Virus record (IMG/VR): IMGVR_UViG_3300017971_000346
Span: 1-53,013 of that record
Origin: a virus
Taxonomy: Duplodnaviria > Caudoviricetes
DNA: 53,013 nucleotides
Reading direction: 5' to 3' (one strand)
Shown: in pieces, positions 17,857 to 27,597 of the stretch
How positions within the stretch are numbered: position 1 is the first letter of the stretch
Layout of the letters: each line of letters starts with the position of its first letter
The notes under the pieces: model-generated
What the model was told of the DNA's origin: nothing
Seen by the model: the letters and a program-made list of their open reading frames with translations, nothing else
Databases searched by the model: none
Made by a program: the position numbers and the translations under genes

Positions 17857-17941
17857 TATGCTTATTCCTCAAAGGAAGGAAAGGAGAAAAAATATGAAAA
17901 AGTCAACCGCTGAGTGTGTAACGCAAGGAATATAAAAAAGT

Positions 17942-18628
17942 TCATTTTTTTTTATAATCAGGTAGCATGTAATCATAAGTCTCAATCTTACCTTTATACG
18001 TTATAAATTCTATACGCTGGCTATGCTCAAATCCTTTCTTATTCCAAACAATCCACATCATGGCGATTCCTGTTGTTCCGGTGGTTTCTCTGAAAGCCTT
18101 AAAATTACCATTTTTTGCGCAAGGGATACGCTTAGAGCATACATATGCAATTGAAAATGGAAATTCTCTAAATAATTCTTTCCGATCATCCGTTTCGAAA
18201 AATGATAGTTTTAGGAATAAAGCGATTTTTCTGTCAGGTTTAGCGGACTTTAAAATATGCCTGACAAATGAAATCGTTGAGCCTTTTTTATTACCTCGCT
18301 TGTATGGCGGATTTGTAATAATGTCTTGCTCAATTGAGTTTGGTTTATTGTCATAAAAATCTTTTAACTGAACTCCGTGTAATCCGTAATCAAATTTATC
18401 TTGCATTGTTACGCTGTAATTTAATCTTCGGAGAGTTAGTCCGATATGACCTTTCCCTGCAAATGGTTCCAGAATACCTAATTTTCTGCTAAACGACTCT
18501 TTTTCTAGTAGCATATGAACTGCCAGCGGGTGAGTTGCATAAAAATTGTTTTTATGCCGATCATAATCAGTTACCGGTGATCCGTTAGAAATTTGAAGAA
18601 AATGTTTACTCATGTGTAAATTCCTCAC
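17942..18628 (-). CDS. DNA amino-methyltransferase (likely N6-adenine), orphan
   Basis: NFYATHP, SAM-binding ILEPFAGKGHI, catalytic IITNPPY. Confidence 0.85.
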   Translation of the reverse strand: MRNLHMSKHFLQISNGSPVTDYDRHKNNFYATHPLAVHMLLEKESFSRKLGILEPFAGKGHIGLTLRRLNYSVTMQDKFDYGLHGVQLKDFYDNKPNSIEQDIITNPPYKRGNKKGSTISFVRHILKSAKPDRKIALFLKLSFFETDDRKELFREFPFSIAYVCSKRIPCAKNGNFKAFRETTGTTGIAMMWIVWNKKGFEHSQRIEFITYKGKIETYDYMLPDYKKK

Positions 18629-18914
18629 TAATTAATTCTAATATCAACAACGCTTTTTCCAATCCATCGCGTCGAATATAATAACGTTTTCTTCCTGAAT
18701 TATTATTTTTAATCACTTGCTTTCTGCATTCAAAATCACCACGTTTTATTAAAGTAGTTAATTCTGAATATTTTAAAGGTTTGTCAGTACGGTTTGGATG
18801 GCTTTTAATGATTTCTTTTACCTGAGAGCTTGTTAAATATCCCTCTTTTTTAAGCATATTCTTACAGATTCTAAATGACTCAGTCGTATTCGCTGTATAG
18901 ACTTTTGTTATCAT
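18606..18914 (-). CDS. Putative DNA-binding protein (MerR/Xis-like HTH)
   Basis: YLTSSQV...LTTLIKRGDF...GRKRYYIRRDGL. Confidence 0.45.
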   Translation of the reverse strand: MITKVYTANTTESFRICKNMLKKEGYLTSSQVKEIIKSHPNRTDKPLKYSELTTLIKRGDFECRKQVIKNNNSGRKRYYIRRDGLEKALLILELISEEFTHE

Positions 18915-18926
18915 AATTATTGCCCC

Positions 18927-19112
18927 TTAGTTCAGTTGATCAAACTTTAAAAAATCATTCTCTTTTGGTTTTAAAGGTTTATTTTCTTTTTTAGGCATTT
19001 TATTGAACGTTTCCCAAAGATCACTGAGTATGCTGTCAAAATCTTTGAATTCATCGCTATTATTACCGACTCCGAAAGCATTAAAAAGTTTTTCATAATC
19101 ATCGTTATCCAT
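18927..19112 (-). CDS. Small acidic hypothetical protein
   Basis: AAGGGA SD. Confidence 0.55.
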   Translation of the reverse strand: MDNDDYEKLFNAFGVGNNSDEFKDFDSILSDLWETFNKMPKKENKPLKPKENDFLKFDQLN

Positions 19113-19126
19113 AATACAATCCCTTG

Positions 19127-21052
19127 TTAGATTTTATAATTTTTTAGAATTTTGTACTGATTTGGATCTAAAACATCACCCTCTCCGTATTTACCTACAG
19201 GGATTTTAGTGATTAGACTAAAATCAATTAAATAACGGCCTTCCTCATAAATAATAAACGGTGTTTCCGGAAGGCTACTATCATAACTATCTATTTCAAT
19301 TTTTTTAATTTGATATATGTTACCGGTTTTTAAAAACTCAATTTTAAAATTTCCGACTAAAAGAGAGGTACTTTTATTTTTTCTATTCAAATCATGTAAC
19401 AGTTTTCCGGCGTACTGCATTCTATGCGTTAATTTTGTTTCTTGATCCTCTGATAATATATCGCCAATTTTAAAATACTCTCCGTTACCGAAATAAAGAT
19501 AAATACCCATTTTATAGCAAGATTTTTGGTCCGATAAGTAGTCAAGTGAGAGTTTTTTGTAGCCCAATGCGTGAATTTCTTTGATTTTGTATTTCGGGAC
19601 GTTGTTATCATAAAATCGTAAGTATTTAATTTTAAACATACCTGTGTTCTCTTTAGTTGTATATTCTCTAGTGAAAAAGATTTGGTTTGCATGATCGCGT
19701 TTCATTTTGGCTTTAATAGTGTTTAGAACATCTCTGCTGACATAGGAACCTCTCGAAATATACATATTTTTATTGAAATATTTAAATATTATAGTACTGT
19801 GATAAGTCACCCCAATATTTAATCTAATTTCATTGTTTTGTTTATTTAGTCGTTTTATCGATATTGCAGTCAGGAAATATAAATCAATATCTATCTTATT
19901 GATAATTAAACGTAAGTAATGGTTTTCAAGACAAATCTCTGGCCTATCACTGTAATTTTTTTTCATATGATCTTCACAGGTTTGTAAAAACTCACAGAAT
20001 TCATTGAACAATTTTTTTTCAATAATGCATTCATTTTGAATATTATCAAAACAGGTAATATTTTTATTTTTACTGTTAGCTGGAAGGTACGAAACAAGCA
20101 AATTTTCGTCATAATAGCACTGTTCCACTTTTATATTATTGCAATGCTTTGAAAGAAAAACCTTTAACGATGGAGCTTTGATATTTTTGATGTAAATTAA
20201 CTCCTCTTTTTCCATATTTTGAAACAATTTAACTATTTCGACAGAATACAAATTTTCATTTGTATTGTAATAATGCAACGGTATTTTTGCGATCTGGTAA
20301 AATGCGTTGAGAAAATTAACCATGTAATATTCAGCGTATAACTTTGCTTCAGTCCAGGTTACAATTATCGGTTTTCCATGCACTAATTTTTTGATTATAG
20401 GATCGCTGTATAAATTTATACGTTTTTGTATTTCGTCGGATAAAAATAGATTACGTGCAGTGAATACGAAAGAATCGGTTTCATAGTCGAAATAACGGAT
20501 TATAGTTCCGCTAAGATTGTTTTCATAGTTAAATGTTTGTTCGTGCCTAACGGTTAACTTTAATTTTTTTATAATATTTATTAGAAAGTTTTCCAAATGA
20601 GTGAACTGTTTATTATTTAAAATTAAACCCGGATAAGCTCTGAGATTGTTCTGTGATGTAATTGAATTCCCTGTTATTGTTCCGGGAAAATTATATGTTT
20701 TTAGAATTGCTATTGTTGCAGTGGGTATTTCAACAGTATCGATAATTTTCATATCATCATTTAATTTTCGCCAAGTTATACGAAAACCCGGAACTGACAT
20801 CGAAAATTCTGGACTACTCTTCTTAAGTAATTTGTTGAATTCATCCACTTTACCAACCATTTTTTCAATTAATTTTTTTGATAAATTTTTTGTTGTATCG
20901 ATCTTCTTGCCTTCAAAAATAATCCTTTCAGCGTAATCTTTGGAAATCGGCGGATATTTATACGATATAAAAGCGTAGATAAGTGGTAAGAAAAAATCAG
21001 TTATACGGACCGTTTGATCGTTATTTTCTCGATATTTGATATAAAAATACAT
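19127..21052 (-). CDS. Large hypothetical protein (641 aa)
   Basis: Long ORF, GAGG SD, no motif recognised. Confidence 0.75.
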   Translation of the reverse strand: MYFYIKYRENNDQTVRITDFFLPLIYAFISYKYPPISKDYAERIIFEGKKIDTTKNLSKKLIEKMVGKVDEFNKLLKKSSPEFSMSVPGFRITWRKLNDDMKIIDTVEIPTATIAILKTYNFPGTITGNSITSQNNLRAYPGLILNNKQFTHLENFLINIIKKLKLTVRHEQTFNYENNLSGTIIRYFDYETDSFVFTARNLFLSDEIQKRINLYSDPIIKKLVHGKPIIVTWTEAKLYAEYYMVNFLNAFYQIAKIPLHYYNTNENLYSVEIVKLFQNMEKEELIYIKNIKAPSLKVFLSKHCNNIKVEQCYYDENLLVSYLPANSKNKNITCFDNIQNECIIEKKLFNEFCEFLQTCEDHMKKNYSDRPEICLENHYLRLIINKIDIDLYFLTAISIKRLNKQNNEIRLNIGVTYHSTIIFKYFNKNMYISRGSYVSRDVLNTIKAKMKRDHANQIFFTREYTTKENTGMFKIKYLRFYDNNVPKYKIKEIHALGYKKLSLDYLSDQKSCYKMGIYLYFGNGEYFKIGDILSEDQETKLTHRMQYAGKLLHDLNRKNKSTSLLVGNFKIEFLKTGNIYQIKKIEIDSYDSSLPETPFIIYEEGRYLIDFSLITKIPVGKYGEGDVLDPNQYKILKNYKI

Positions 21053-21120
21053 TTTTAGCCTCTTATCGTTGTTATAATTAACGTTTTTATTTAATTATAT
21101 CGTTTGGATGTTTATCAAAT

Positions 21121-21357
21121 TTAGTTCAGATAACTATCATCTAAACCCATAATCATCCATTTTTGCATTTTTTGACAGGCGTTTGTTGGGGTTTCAGCAA
21201 AAACAGTTTTAGTTAAAATCCTTTCCCCAAATCCGTCATTTATCATTGCTAACATTTTTCCAGATTCATCAAAACATATAAATCCGGAATTAGAATGGTC
21301 ACAAGGAATACCTTTTTCTGAACTTACGGTGTACGCGACGTTATAAAATGATTTCAT
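21121..21357 (-). CDS. Hypothetical early protein
   Basis: AAGGAGAG SD behind a promoter. Confidence 0.65.
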   Translation of the reverse strand: MKSFYNVAYTVSSEKGIPCDHSNSGFICFDESGKMLAMINDGFGERILTKTVFAETPTNACQKMQKWMIMGLDDSYLN

Positions 21358-21400
21358 AGATCAACTCTCCTTTAAAATTATTCGCAAACTAACATATATC

Positions 21401-21450
21401 AATGTACAAATTTAATTTTAATAATGCAAGTGTTTTTTCAAATTTTTTTT
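21401..21450 (-). promoter_or_regulatory. Leftward early sigma70 promoter
   Basis: TTGCAT(21429-21424)-17nt-TACATT(21406-21401). Confidence 0.8.
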
Positions 21451-21509
21451 TAATGATGTAACTTGTTATTTTTATTGAAATTATCGGACCGCTTAGGGAC
21501 CATTCGTAA

Positions 21510-21557
21510 AAATAATATAAAAAAACACTTGCATTTTAGGTTTTTTATATGTACATT
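21510..21557 (+). promoter_or_regulatory. Rightward divergent sigma70 promoter
   Basis: AAAAAACAC-TTGCAT(21529-34)-17nt-TACATT(21552-57); same hexamers as the leftward promoter. Confidence 0.8.
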
Positions 21558-21570
21558 TACATAAGCATTA

Positions 21571-21921
21571 ATGAGTATGACTAAAAAAAAAAAGGGAAAA
21601 ATTATGCAAAAAACTAAACCACGGATCGTTTTGGAACCTGAGAATTTCATTATCGATGCATTTAAAAGATTTGCAAAATACCGCATTACTTCCAGAGTAG
21701 ATATTTTTCGAGAAATGTTTTTCGATGCATTGCAAAAATACATTCATTGCCCATTCTGCTATGAAATCCGGATGACAAAGGCCGAATTCGAAAATGAGAT
21801 TGGAATAAAAAAGCATAAGTTTGAATGTAAACATTGTAATCGAGCATATAAGTATAGTTACGATCTCGAAACAACAATCGATTTCTATGCATTGGGGGAA
21901 AAATCAAATGAAAACATTTAA
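21571..21921 (+). CDS. Putative regulator with Cys4 zinc ribbon
   Basis: RHH-like N-terminus; CPFC and CKHC; first gene of the rightward operon. Confidence 0.6.
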   Translation: MSMTKKKKGKIMQKTKPRIVLEPENFIIDAFKRFAKYRITSRVDIFREMFFDALQKYIHCPFCYEIRMTKAEFENEIGIKKHKFECKHCNRAYKYSYDLETTIDFYALGEKSNENI

Positions 21922-22309
21922 AAAAGTATCTGTTTATCTGAGTTACATTTTGATTAAAATGCATTCCGGAGTTTTACTTAAAGTGTACCGCAATTCAGGC
22001 ATGATCGAAATAACTACCTTCGGCGTTTATTCGTTTAAAATAACAGAAAAAGAATTTAAAAAATTAAAAAAAATAATCAAAAAATATAAAATAAAAAGTA
22101 ATCTTGAAAAGCCGAAAATGCCAAAGATGTTTAAACAAAAATTAAGAGTTAACGATACTTTGATACTTTTTACTTTAACGAATGCTAAAATCGTATTGTT
22201 AAAATCAGGAAAAATTAAAATTAGCAGTACTTGCCTTGCTGATGTTAAACTAACAAGAGATGAATTAAAACAATCAATAAAACTTAGTAAAAAATTCTGT
22301 AAAAGTTAA
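21908..22309 (+). CDS. Basic hypothetical protein with internal duplication (start re-called)
   Basis: GGGGGA SD; two SG.I.I....KIT/LT..E.K repeats. Confidence 0.55.
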   Translation: MKTFKKVSVYLSYILIKMHSGVLLKVYRNSGMIEITTFGVYSFKITEKEFKKLKKIIKKYKIKSNLEKPKMPKMFKQKLRVNDTLILFTLTNAKIVLLKSGKIKISSTCLADVKLTRDELKQSIKLSKKFCKS

Positions 22310-22328
22310 CTTCTGGCATGATTATTGG

Positions 22329-22429
22329 ATATATTATATATAATATATATTTATATATATTATATAATATATTATTAATTATATATTTTTTTTTTTTTTA
22401 TTTATATATATATTAAAAAAAATATAAAA
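22329..22429. other. 101-bp pure A/T tract
   Basis: No G or C from 22329 to 22429; alternating TA and internal palindromes. Confidence 0.9.
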
Positions 22430-22489
22430 GATCTAGTTATAAGAATATAATAATACTAGTAGCTTAATTAAACCAAAGGAGAAATCACA

Positions 22490-22834
22490 TTGCATCAAAT
22501 AGAAAAAGATGAAATTATCAAACGACTGACAGCGTTGTACAATACCATAAATCCACGTTCATTATCGGACGATGAACTGATTAAGCTTTACGTAGATAAG
22601 TCTGTGTTGCATGAGGAGATCCTAGATAAAATGGAGTCGGCGGTCAGTAATTTAACCGAAAATGAGGCACGGGAAACCGCACGGTTAAAAGGTAGTGAAT
22701 TTCAAGAGTTATCCGAATTGCCGGATATTGAAAAAAACAAACCGGTCTGGTTTCATAAAGATACATTGATCTCGATAATTAAAGATACCACGGAAACTAT
22801 AAAAGATATTCTAATTAGTGAATTTGTAGAATAA
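22490..22834 (+). CDS. Hypothetical protein
   Basis: AAGGAG SD, TTG start. Confidence 0.65.
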   Translation: MHQIEKDEIIKRLTALYNTINPRSLSDDELIKLYVDKSVLHEEILDKMESAVSNLTENEARETARLKGSEFQELSELPDIEKNKPVWFHKDTLISIIKDTTETIKDILISEFVE

Positions 22835-22855
22835 AAAAAAAACAAGGATGGAATA

Positions 22856-23185
22856 ATGCAATTTACTGAAGAAATAATTTTTGAACTTTGGCCTTTTACG
22901 ATCAAATTTTTAGATCATCCCGAAACGCAAGTCGAGCCATATTTTATGCTATATTCGAATAATGTTTTCGTTGCAAAAATACCCACAAAAACATTTTTGA
23001 ATACTTACGGAGAAAACTGTTTTGATATGTACATTTCCGCTATGCATATTTTAGAAGAAAAGTTAATCGCTGAGTCATTAGTGAATGAAAAAGAAAAAGT
23101 AACAGATAAATGCTTTAATTTGATTGCTGACGGCAAGTTTGATCTTGCTAAAATTTATCTAGAAATTTTAATTTATTTGGCTTAA
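22856..23185 (+). CDS. Hypothetical protein
   Basis: SD and operon context. Confidence 0.65.
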   Translation: MQFTEEIIFELWPFTIKFLDHPETQVEPYFMLYSNNVFVAKIPTKTFLNTYGENCFDMYISAMHILEEKLIAESLVNEKEKVTDKCFNLIADGKFDLAKIYLEILIYLA

Positions 23186-23239
23186 AAAAAAAACCAGAAT
23201 TGAAAAAAAATTTATACCTCTCACGGTAGGAGAAAAAAA

Positions 23240-23461
23240 ATGAAAAACACAGATAAGAATATTTTAATTTCTTTGCTTTTTATCGCTGTCGGTTCATTAT
23301 ATGCGTTTGAATTTGGTGTTTTAACGAATTTAAGAATTGTTTTTTCATTAGTAACTTTTCCGATGTTTTTCACATTATTCAAAGCAAATTTAAATGCTCA
23401 ACAGCGTGGTTTAATTATTACGATTCTTGTGATTATTTTAATTTATATTTTTGTTAAATAG
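23240..23461 (+). CDS. Small membrane protein (3 TM)
   Basis: AGGAG SD; three hydrophobic segments. Confidence 0.65.
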   Translation: MKNTDKNILISLLFIAVGSLYAFEFGVLTNLRIVFSLVTFPMFFTLFKANLNAQQRGLIITILVIILIYIFVK

Positions 23462-23470
23462 GAGTAATAT

Positions 23471-24043
23471 ATGCATATTTCAAATACCGATAAAACACGC
23501 TCTATCGAAGATAGTATGGCTATTCAAATTATATATTTAGATATGGACGGTGTGTTATTTGATTTTGTGGGTTCCGTTACGAAAAAAATCGAACAACTTC
23601 CTGAGATTGATTTAAAGAAACCGATCCATAAATGGTTTGGAATGTCTGCGACTAAATTCTGGAAGTATACTGATACTATGGAATTTTGGACTAATATGGG
23701 GCTTTATCCCGGTGTAAAAACCCTAGTTGAACGTTTAAATATTAAATATAAAGTTTATTTTTGTTCAACGCCTACATTATGTCCGTATTCTGTGAGTGGA
23801 AAATTATTTGCAATTCAAAAACATTTTCCCGGACTTCATAGAAATTTTGTGTTTACTCCGGCTAAAGAATTGTTAGTTGATAACAATACGATTTTTATCG
23901 ATGATCGATTCCAAGTAACTGAAAAGATCGATTTAATGATAAAAAAAAATAACTGCTATAATGCTAAAACTTTCCTTGTAAAACGCGCTTGGAACCGTTC
24001 ACAAAATACGTTTGAAGATATAGTAAACATGCTAACAAGGTAG
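23471..24043 (+). CDS. 5'(3')-deoxyribonucleotidase (NT5C, HAD family)
   Basis: IYLDMDGVLFDF motif I, STP motif II, K, and IFIDD motif IV. Confidence 0.85.
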   Translation: MHISNTDKTRSIEDSMAIQIIYLDMDGVLFDFVGSVTKKIEQLPEIDLKKPIHKWFGMSATKFWKYTDTMEFWTNMGLYPGVKTLVERLNIKYKVYFCSTPTLCPYSVSGKLFAIQKHFPGLHRNFVFTPAKELLVDNNTIFIDDRFQVTEKIDLMIKKNNCYNAKTFLVKRAWNRSQNTFEDIVNMLTR

Positions 24044-24050
24044 ATATGAT

Positions 24051-24737
24051 ATGACTGACATTATGAAATTAAGCATGAATATCAAAAAGATCATAAAAAA
24101 GCAGAATATGCCAGAGGGAACGGTGGAGCGTGGTTATATTAACACTTGCATTGGTTGCGGTGTACCTGATTCGAAAACCGGCCTTTATGTCAATACTTTA
24201 AAACCATTAACTTTTATTTGTCTGGAATGTTCAAAAAAATTAAAAAGCAGTAAGGTAAAAAATAAATCTTTATTGGATGCTGGAATCCCTTCAAAATATT
24301 CAGATTCTGAGATTAAACCAAAATTAGTAGAATTTTTACGGAAGGACCGTTTAAATACAGTATTTTGTACGGATCAATCGTTAAATGTAAAGATGATTGC
24401 CGGATTTGTTAATCATCTATTTTCAAAAAAAATCGTTACATTTAAGTATTTTGAGCAGACCAAACTTTTTGATAATATTGTCCAATATAGCAAGATAGAC
24501 GGTTACTACGACTATCTTCCAGTTTATAAAACTAAAATTCTGATAATTAATAATATTAGTTTGATCAATAAATTTACAGTACCGATACTTGAAAAAATTG
24601 TTTTTGAACGTTGGCAGCATGGAAGATTTACACTATTAGTGTTTTCGGCTAATGTCAAGTTGCTGAAAACAATGGAATATAGGTTTCAACAATTAATAAA
24701 TAAAGGGGCTAAAATTAATAATTGGAAAGTTACGTAA
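24051..24737 (+). CDS. Zn-finger plus degenerate DnaC/IstB-like protein
   Basis: CIGC..CLEC; AGIPSKY; KILIINNI (decayed Walker B); IVFERW; VFSAN; no Walker A. Confidence 0.55.
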   Translation: MTDIMKLSMNIKKIIKKQNMPEGTVERGYINTCIGCGVPDSKTGLYVNTLKPLTFICLECSKKLKSSKVKNKSLLDAGIPSKYSDSEIKPKLVEFLRKDRLNTVFCTDQSLNVKMIAGFVNHLFSKKIVTFKYFEQTKLFDNIVQYSKIDGYYDYLPVYKTKILIINNISLINKFTVPILEKIVFERWQHGRFTLLVFSANVKLLKTMEYRFQQLINKGAKINNWKVT

Positions 24738-24932
24738 ATGATTGAGATTAAAGATTACTTTGTTCATGATCCCGGCGATCTGTCCGTTGGAATTTTTCCG
24801 GGCGACTGGGTAATAGAAGGTGATTTCTTCTTTGAAGATTTAGAAGAAAAAACAGAATTTGAAGATAAGCTAAGAGAAGCGTTTGTAATTATCACCGATA
24901 ATGCACAGATTAGAGAAGGTGCAGTAAAATGA
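24738..24932 (+). CDS. Small acidic phage protein
   Basis: DPGDLSVGI motif; operon context. Confidence 0.6.
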   Translation: MIEIKDYFVHDPGDLSVGIFPGDWVIEGDFFFEDLEEKTEFEDKLREAFVIITDNAQIREGAVK

Positions 24933-25120
24933 AATGTCCTCACTGTAAACAACAAATTGATTTACCTAATAGGAGTTATGCAAATGTAGAAGTTTACCGT
25001 CCTTACAATGCATTAGCCTCTACTTTATGTTGTGGTAAATTAGTTAGTTTACGCAGGATAATATTCTTCGAAATAAGCCCCTATAACAGCGGTAAATTGG
25101 GGATGATTAGAGAGTATTAG
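24929..25120 (+). CDS. Small zinc-ribbon protein
   Basis: CPHC...CCG. Confidence 0.6.
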   Translation: MKCPHCKQQIDLPNRSYANVEVYRPYNALASTLCCGKLVSLRRIIFFEISPYNSGKLGMIREY

Positions 25121-25148
25121 CGGAAAATCGACAAAAGGAGCTATAGGT

Positions 25149-26090
25149 ATGGAAAAATTAAAATTTTTACTACTCAAAGTTAAAGGTGGGTATTTTGTTT
25201 ATTGCAAACATGCGGGTAATTTGAATTTAGTGTTTGATCGAAAAAAGCCGTTCTTAACGGATCGTTACAGCTGGCTTTTTATTCAAGGTGAATTTTCAAT
25301 CATTGAATCTGAAGATGAAGTGATCGAAGTACCGGCCAAATATGTACTAAAAGATAAATATAATTATCTTATCGATACCGCCAAAATTAAAAAAGAATAT
25401 TTCGCTGATGAATTCGAAGAAAATGAAAATTTGAGAGACTTTGCTGGGTGTTTTAATCACAATATGCCTAAATTTAAAACGGTCTATACGTGGCTAGATT
25501 ATGATCTACTTGTTATCGATGATTTACAGAAAATGGCAACGGAGCCATTTACAGCAGATAATTTGTTGTGTAAGAAAACATCGTATCCAAAACAAATCAG
25601 AATTTTTGACGAATTTTTCCCAAAAGCTTTGACAGACAGTTTCCGAGTCATAATACCAGCAGAAAAAGGTTTCAATTTATTTAAAGATCATTTGGAAATT
25701 ATGTCCATAAATATTCCTGACACTGAATTTCACATAGACGATTATACAGTCACAATTTGCAAAAAAATAATTAATACCGTTTTAGCGGAGTCTGAAATTA
25801 AGGATCAATTTAGATCAAAAATTCCAGCGGATTGCACGGAAAAATTAAATAAAATTATAGATCATAGTCGAGTATCCGCAAACATAGATTCTTATATCTG
25901 TATGTTTAAGGTAACTGCAAATGTAAGTCGGTTTTCTAGCTATCCGCAATTCCCAGTATTTACCGCTGAAACCGAAAAAGATGCTATTGATTCGATTAAG
26001 CAATTTGCAAAAAATGTAATCGAATATGTTTCGGCCCCTGTTAATCTCTGTGATAATTGTCAAGGTAAAGGTTTTACATTTTCATGTTAG
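25149..26090 (+). CDS. Hypothetical phage protein with C-terminal CxxCxGxG
   Basis: AAGGAG SD; CDNCQGKG. Confidence 0.7.
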   Translation: MEKLKFLLLKVKGGYFVYCKHAGNLNLVFDRKKPFLTDRYSWLFIQGEFSIIESEDEVIEVPAKYVLKDKYNYLIDTAKIKKEYFADEFEENENLRDFAGCFNHNMPKFKTVYTWLDYDLLVIDDLQKMATEPFTADNLLCKKTSYPKQIRIFDEFFPKALTDSFRVIIPAEKGFNLFKDHLEIMSINIPDTEFHIDDYTVTICKKIINTVLAESEIKDQFRSKIPADCTEKLNKIIDHSRVSANIDSYICMFKVTANVSRFSSYPQFPVFTAETEKDAIDSIKQFAKNVIEYVSAPVNLCDNCQGKGFTFSC

Positions 26091-26581
26091 GCTATCAACA
26101 TAAAAGGATTAATACTACTATTGGGATCGTGTTTACGATCCCGGTAGTTTTATATTTTTTATTATTTGACTTTCCATCTAATTTTTATATTTTAAATTTT
26201 CCGTGCGGTTTGATGTTTAGTACTTACTTAGCACACTCTGATTTCGATCAAAAACGGAAAGGAGTAATTGGGGTATTTTGGAGACTGTACGCTGATAATA
26301 TGAAACATAGATCGTTTTTTTCTCATGTTCCGGTAATATGTACTTTGATTAGAGATTTTTATATTACCATTTTCATCATGCCTATAATATTAATTTATTA
26401 TTTTTTTAGTCCGATAAAATTAACATCTTACCGTGCCATTTGTATTTTTGTATTTGGCCAGATAATAGCAGATAGTGTTCATTATATCCTTGATATTACA
26501 AGTACTGAAGTTAAAGTAATATCTACAAAAAGGAAAAATACCAAACGAAAAAAAAAAGCCACATGGAAAGATTATTTTTGA
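26084..26581 (+). CDS. DUF2227-like metal-binding membrane protein
   Basis: HKRIN, SDFD, W..Y....KHRSFFSHVP..T..R, HYILD. Confidence 0.75.
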   Translation: MLGYQHKRINTTIGIVFTIPVVLYFLLFDFPSNFYILNFPCGLMFSTYLAHSDFDQKRKGVIGVFWRLYADNMKHRSFFSHVPVICTLIRDFYITIFIMPIILIYYFFSPIKLTSYRAICIFVFGQIIADSVHYILDITSTEVKVISTKRKNTKRKKKATWKDYF

Positions 26582-26637
26582 AGTATGTAACTACTAAGTA
26601 AACGGATCAACCTACTCACTTTAAATTAGGTAACCTT

Positions 26638-26922
26638 ATGATAACAAAAACTAAACCAAAACCAGAGTTTATCCGAGAATACAAATTTAATCACAAGGGA
26701 AACGGGTATGTGAAGGTAAGATTAAAAACAAACAGTAAACGATTATTTTTTTCTTGTTTGTTTTATCGAATTCCCCCTTTCCTAAATCCGGTTACTAGAC
26801 TCGATACGGAAAAAAACAAAATAGCAATGATTCGATTTGTGGATGACCTTAAAAGTAAATTATTAAAAACAAATGAATGGACATTAGATGAAGATTTTGA
26901 ACTTTCAAAAAACACTGAGTAA
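26638..26922 (+). CDS. Hypothetical protein
   Basis: Operon context. Confidence 0.55.
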   Translation: MITKTKPKPEFIREYKFNHKGNGYVKVRLKTNSKRLFFSCLFYRIPPFLNPVTRLDTEKNKIAMIRFVDDLKSKLLKTNEWTLDEDFELSKNTE

Positions 26923-27118
26923 AACAATTAAAATACAGTACCAGGAAACTGGAAAACGGACTGCCATAAAAGTATCGTATTCCAAAGCGGTCCCTATTAA
27001 AGAAAAGTTATTTGCTGAATACGCATATCGAGATGGTCTTATTTGGCGAGAAATACTCCGCAAAGCTTTTGAAGATATGCCTAAAAAATTGGAAAAGATC
27101 GGATATTACCAAATTTAA
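26888..27118 (+). CDS. Hypothetical protein, possible RHH-like regulator
   Basis: Beta-helix-helix pattern (YAYRDGLIWREILRKAF); adjacent to the long non-coding region. Confidence 0.45.
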   Translation: MKILNFQKTLSKTIKIQYQETGKRTAIKVSYSKAVPIKEKLFAEYAYRDGLIWREILRKAFEDMPKKLEKIGYYQI

Positions 27119-27597
27119 CAAAAGTGTACCATATAGTACACCCACTCTATAGAGTTTGGCAAAAAGACTGACTGAATACCACTGAATTTCTTTATTCTTT
27201 AAGATTTTGGCCTGTTTTTAGCCTATTTTTTGGGAAATCCGGTCTCAAAGTTAACCAAAGATTTTCAATCTTTCATACAAACTTTTTTTAATATAAATAT
27301 ATATAAATAATATATTTAAAACAAAAAAAAAAAATTTTAACATAGGATGCAGACTTTCACATTTTTTGGAAAATTGAAAAGTTTGAAAAAGTTTGAAAAA
27401 GTCCAATAAAAACAATAGGTTATGGTTGATTTAGGGTAACCTATTAAATAACCGTAACTTAGTAACAAATTCGCAAGATTTTAAATCTTAAAGATGCCTT
27501 AGAGTTTGTTATTTTTAGGAATCGTTCAATGTACAGGATTTGAAGTATTAAAAAACAGTAAACCTTACGATAAAAAATCATTTTTGAGGTATTTTAA
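27119..27597. other. Candidate replication origin region
   Basis: Largest non-coding gap, with palindromes (27124-41, 27144-55, 27257-73, 27475-95), an AT tract (~27283-27340) and tandem TGAAAA(A)GT repeats (27375-27402). Confidence 0.5.

Noticed and set aside
18606-18914. Excisionase implying an integration module
   Set aside because: The similarity is only a generic HTH, and no tyrosine or serine recombinase or att-like site was recognised.
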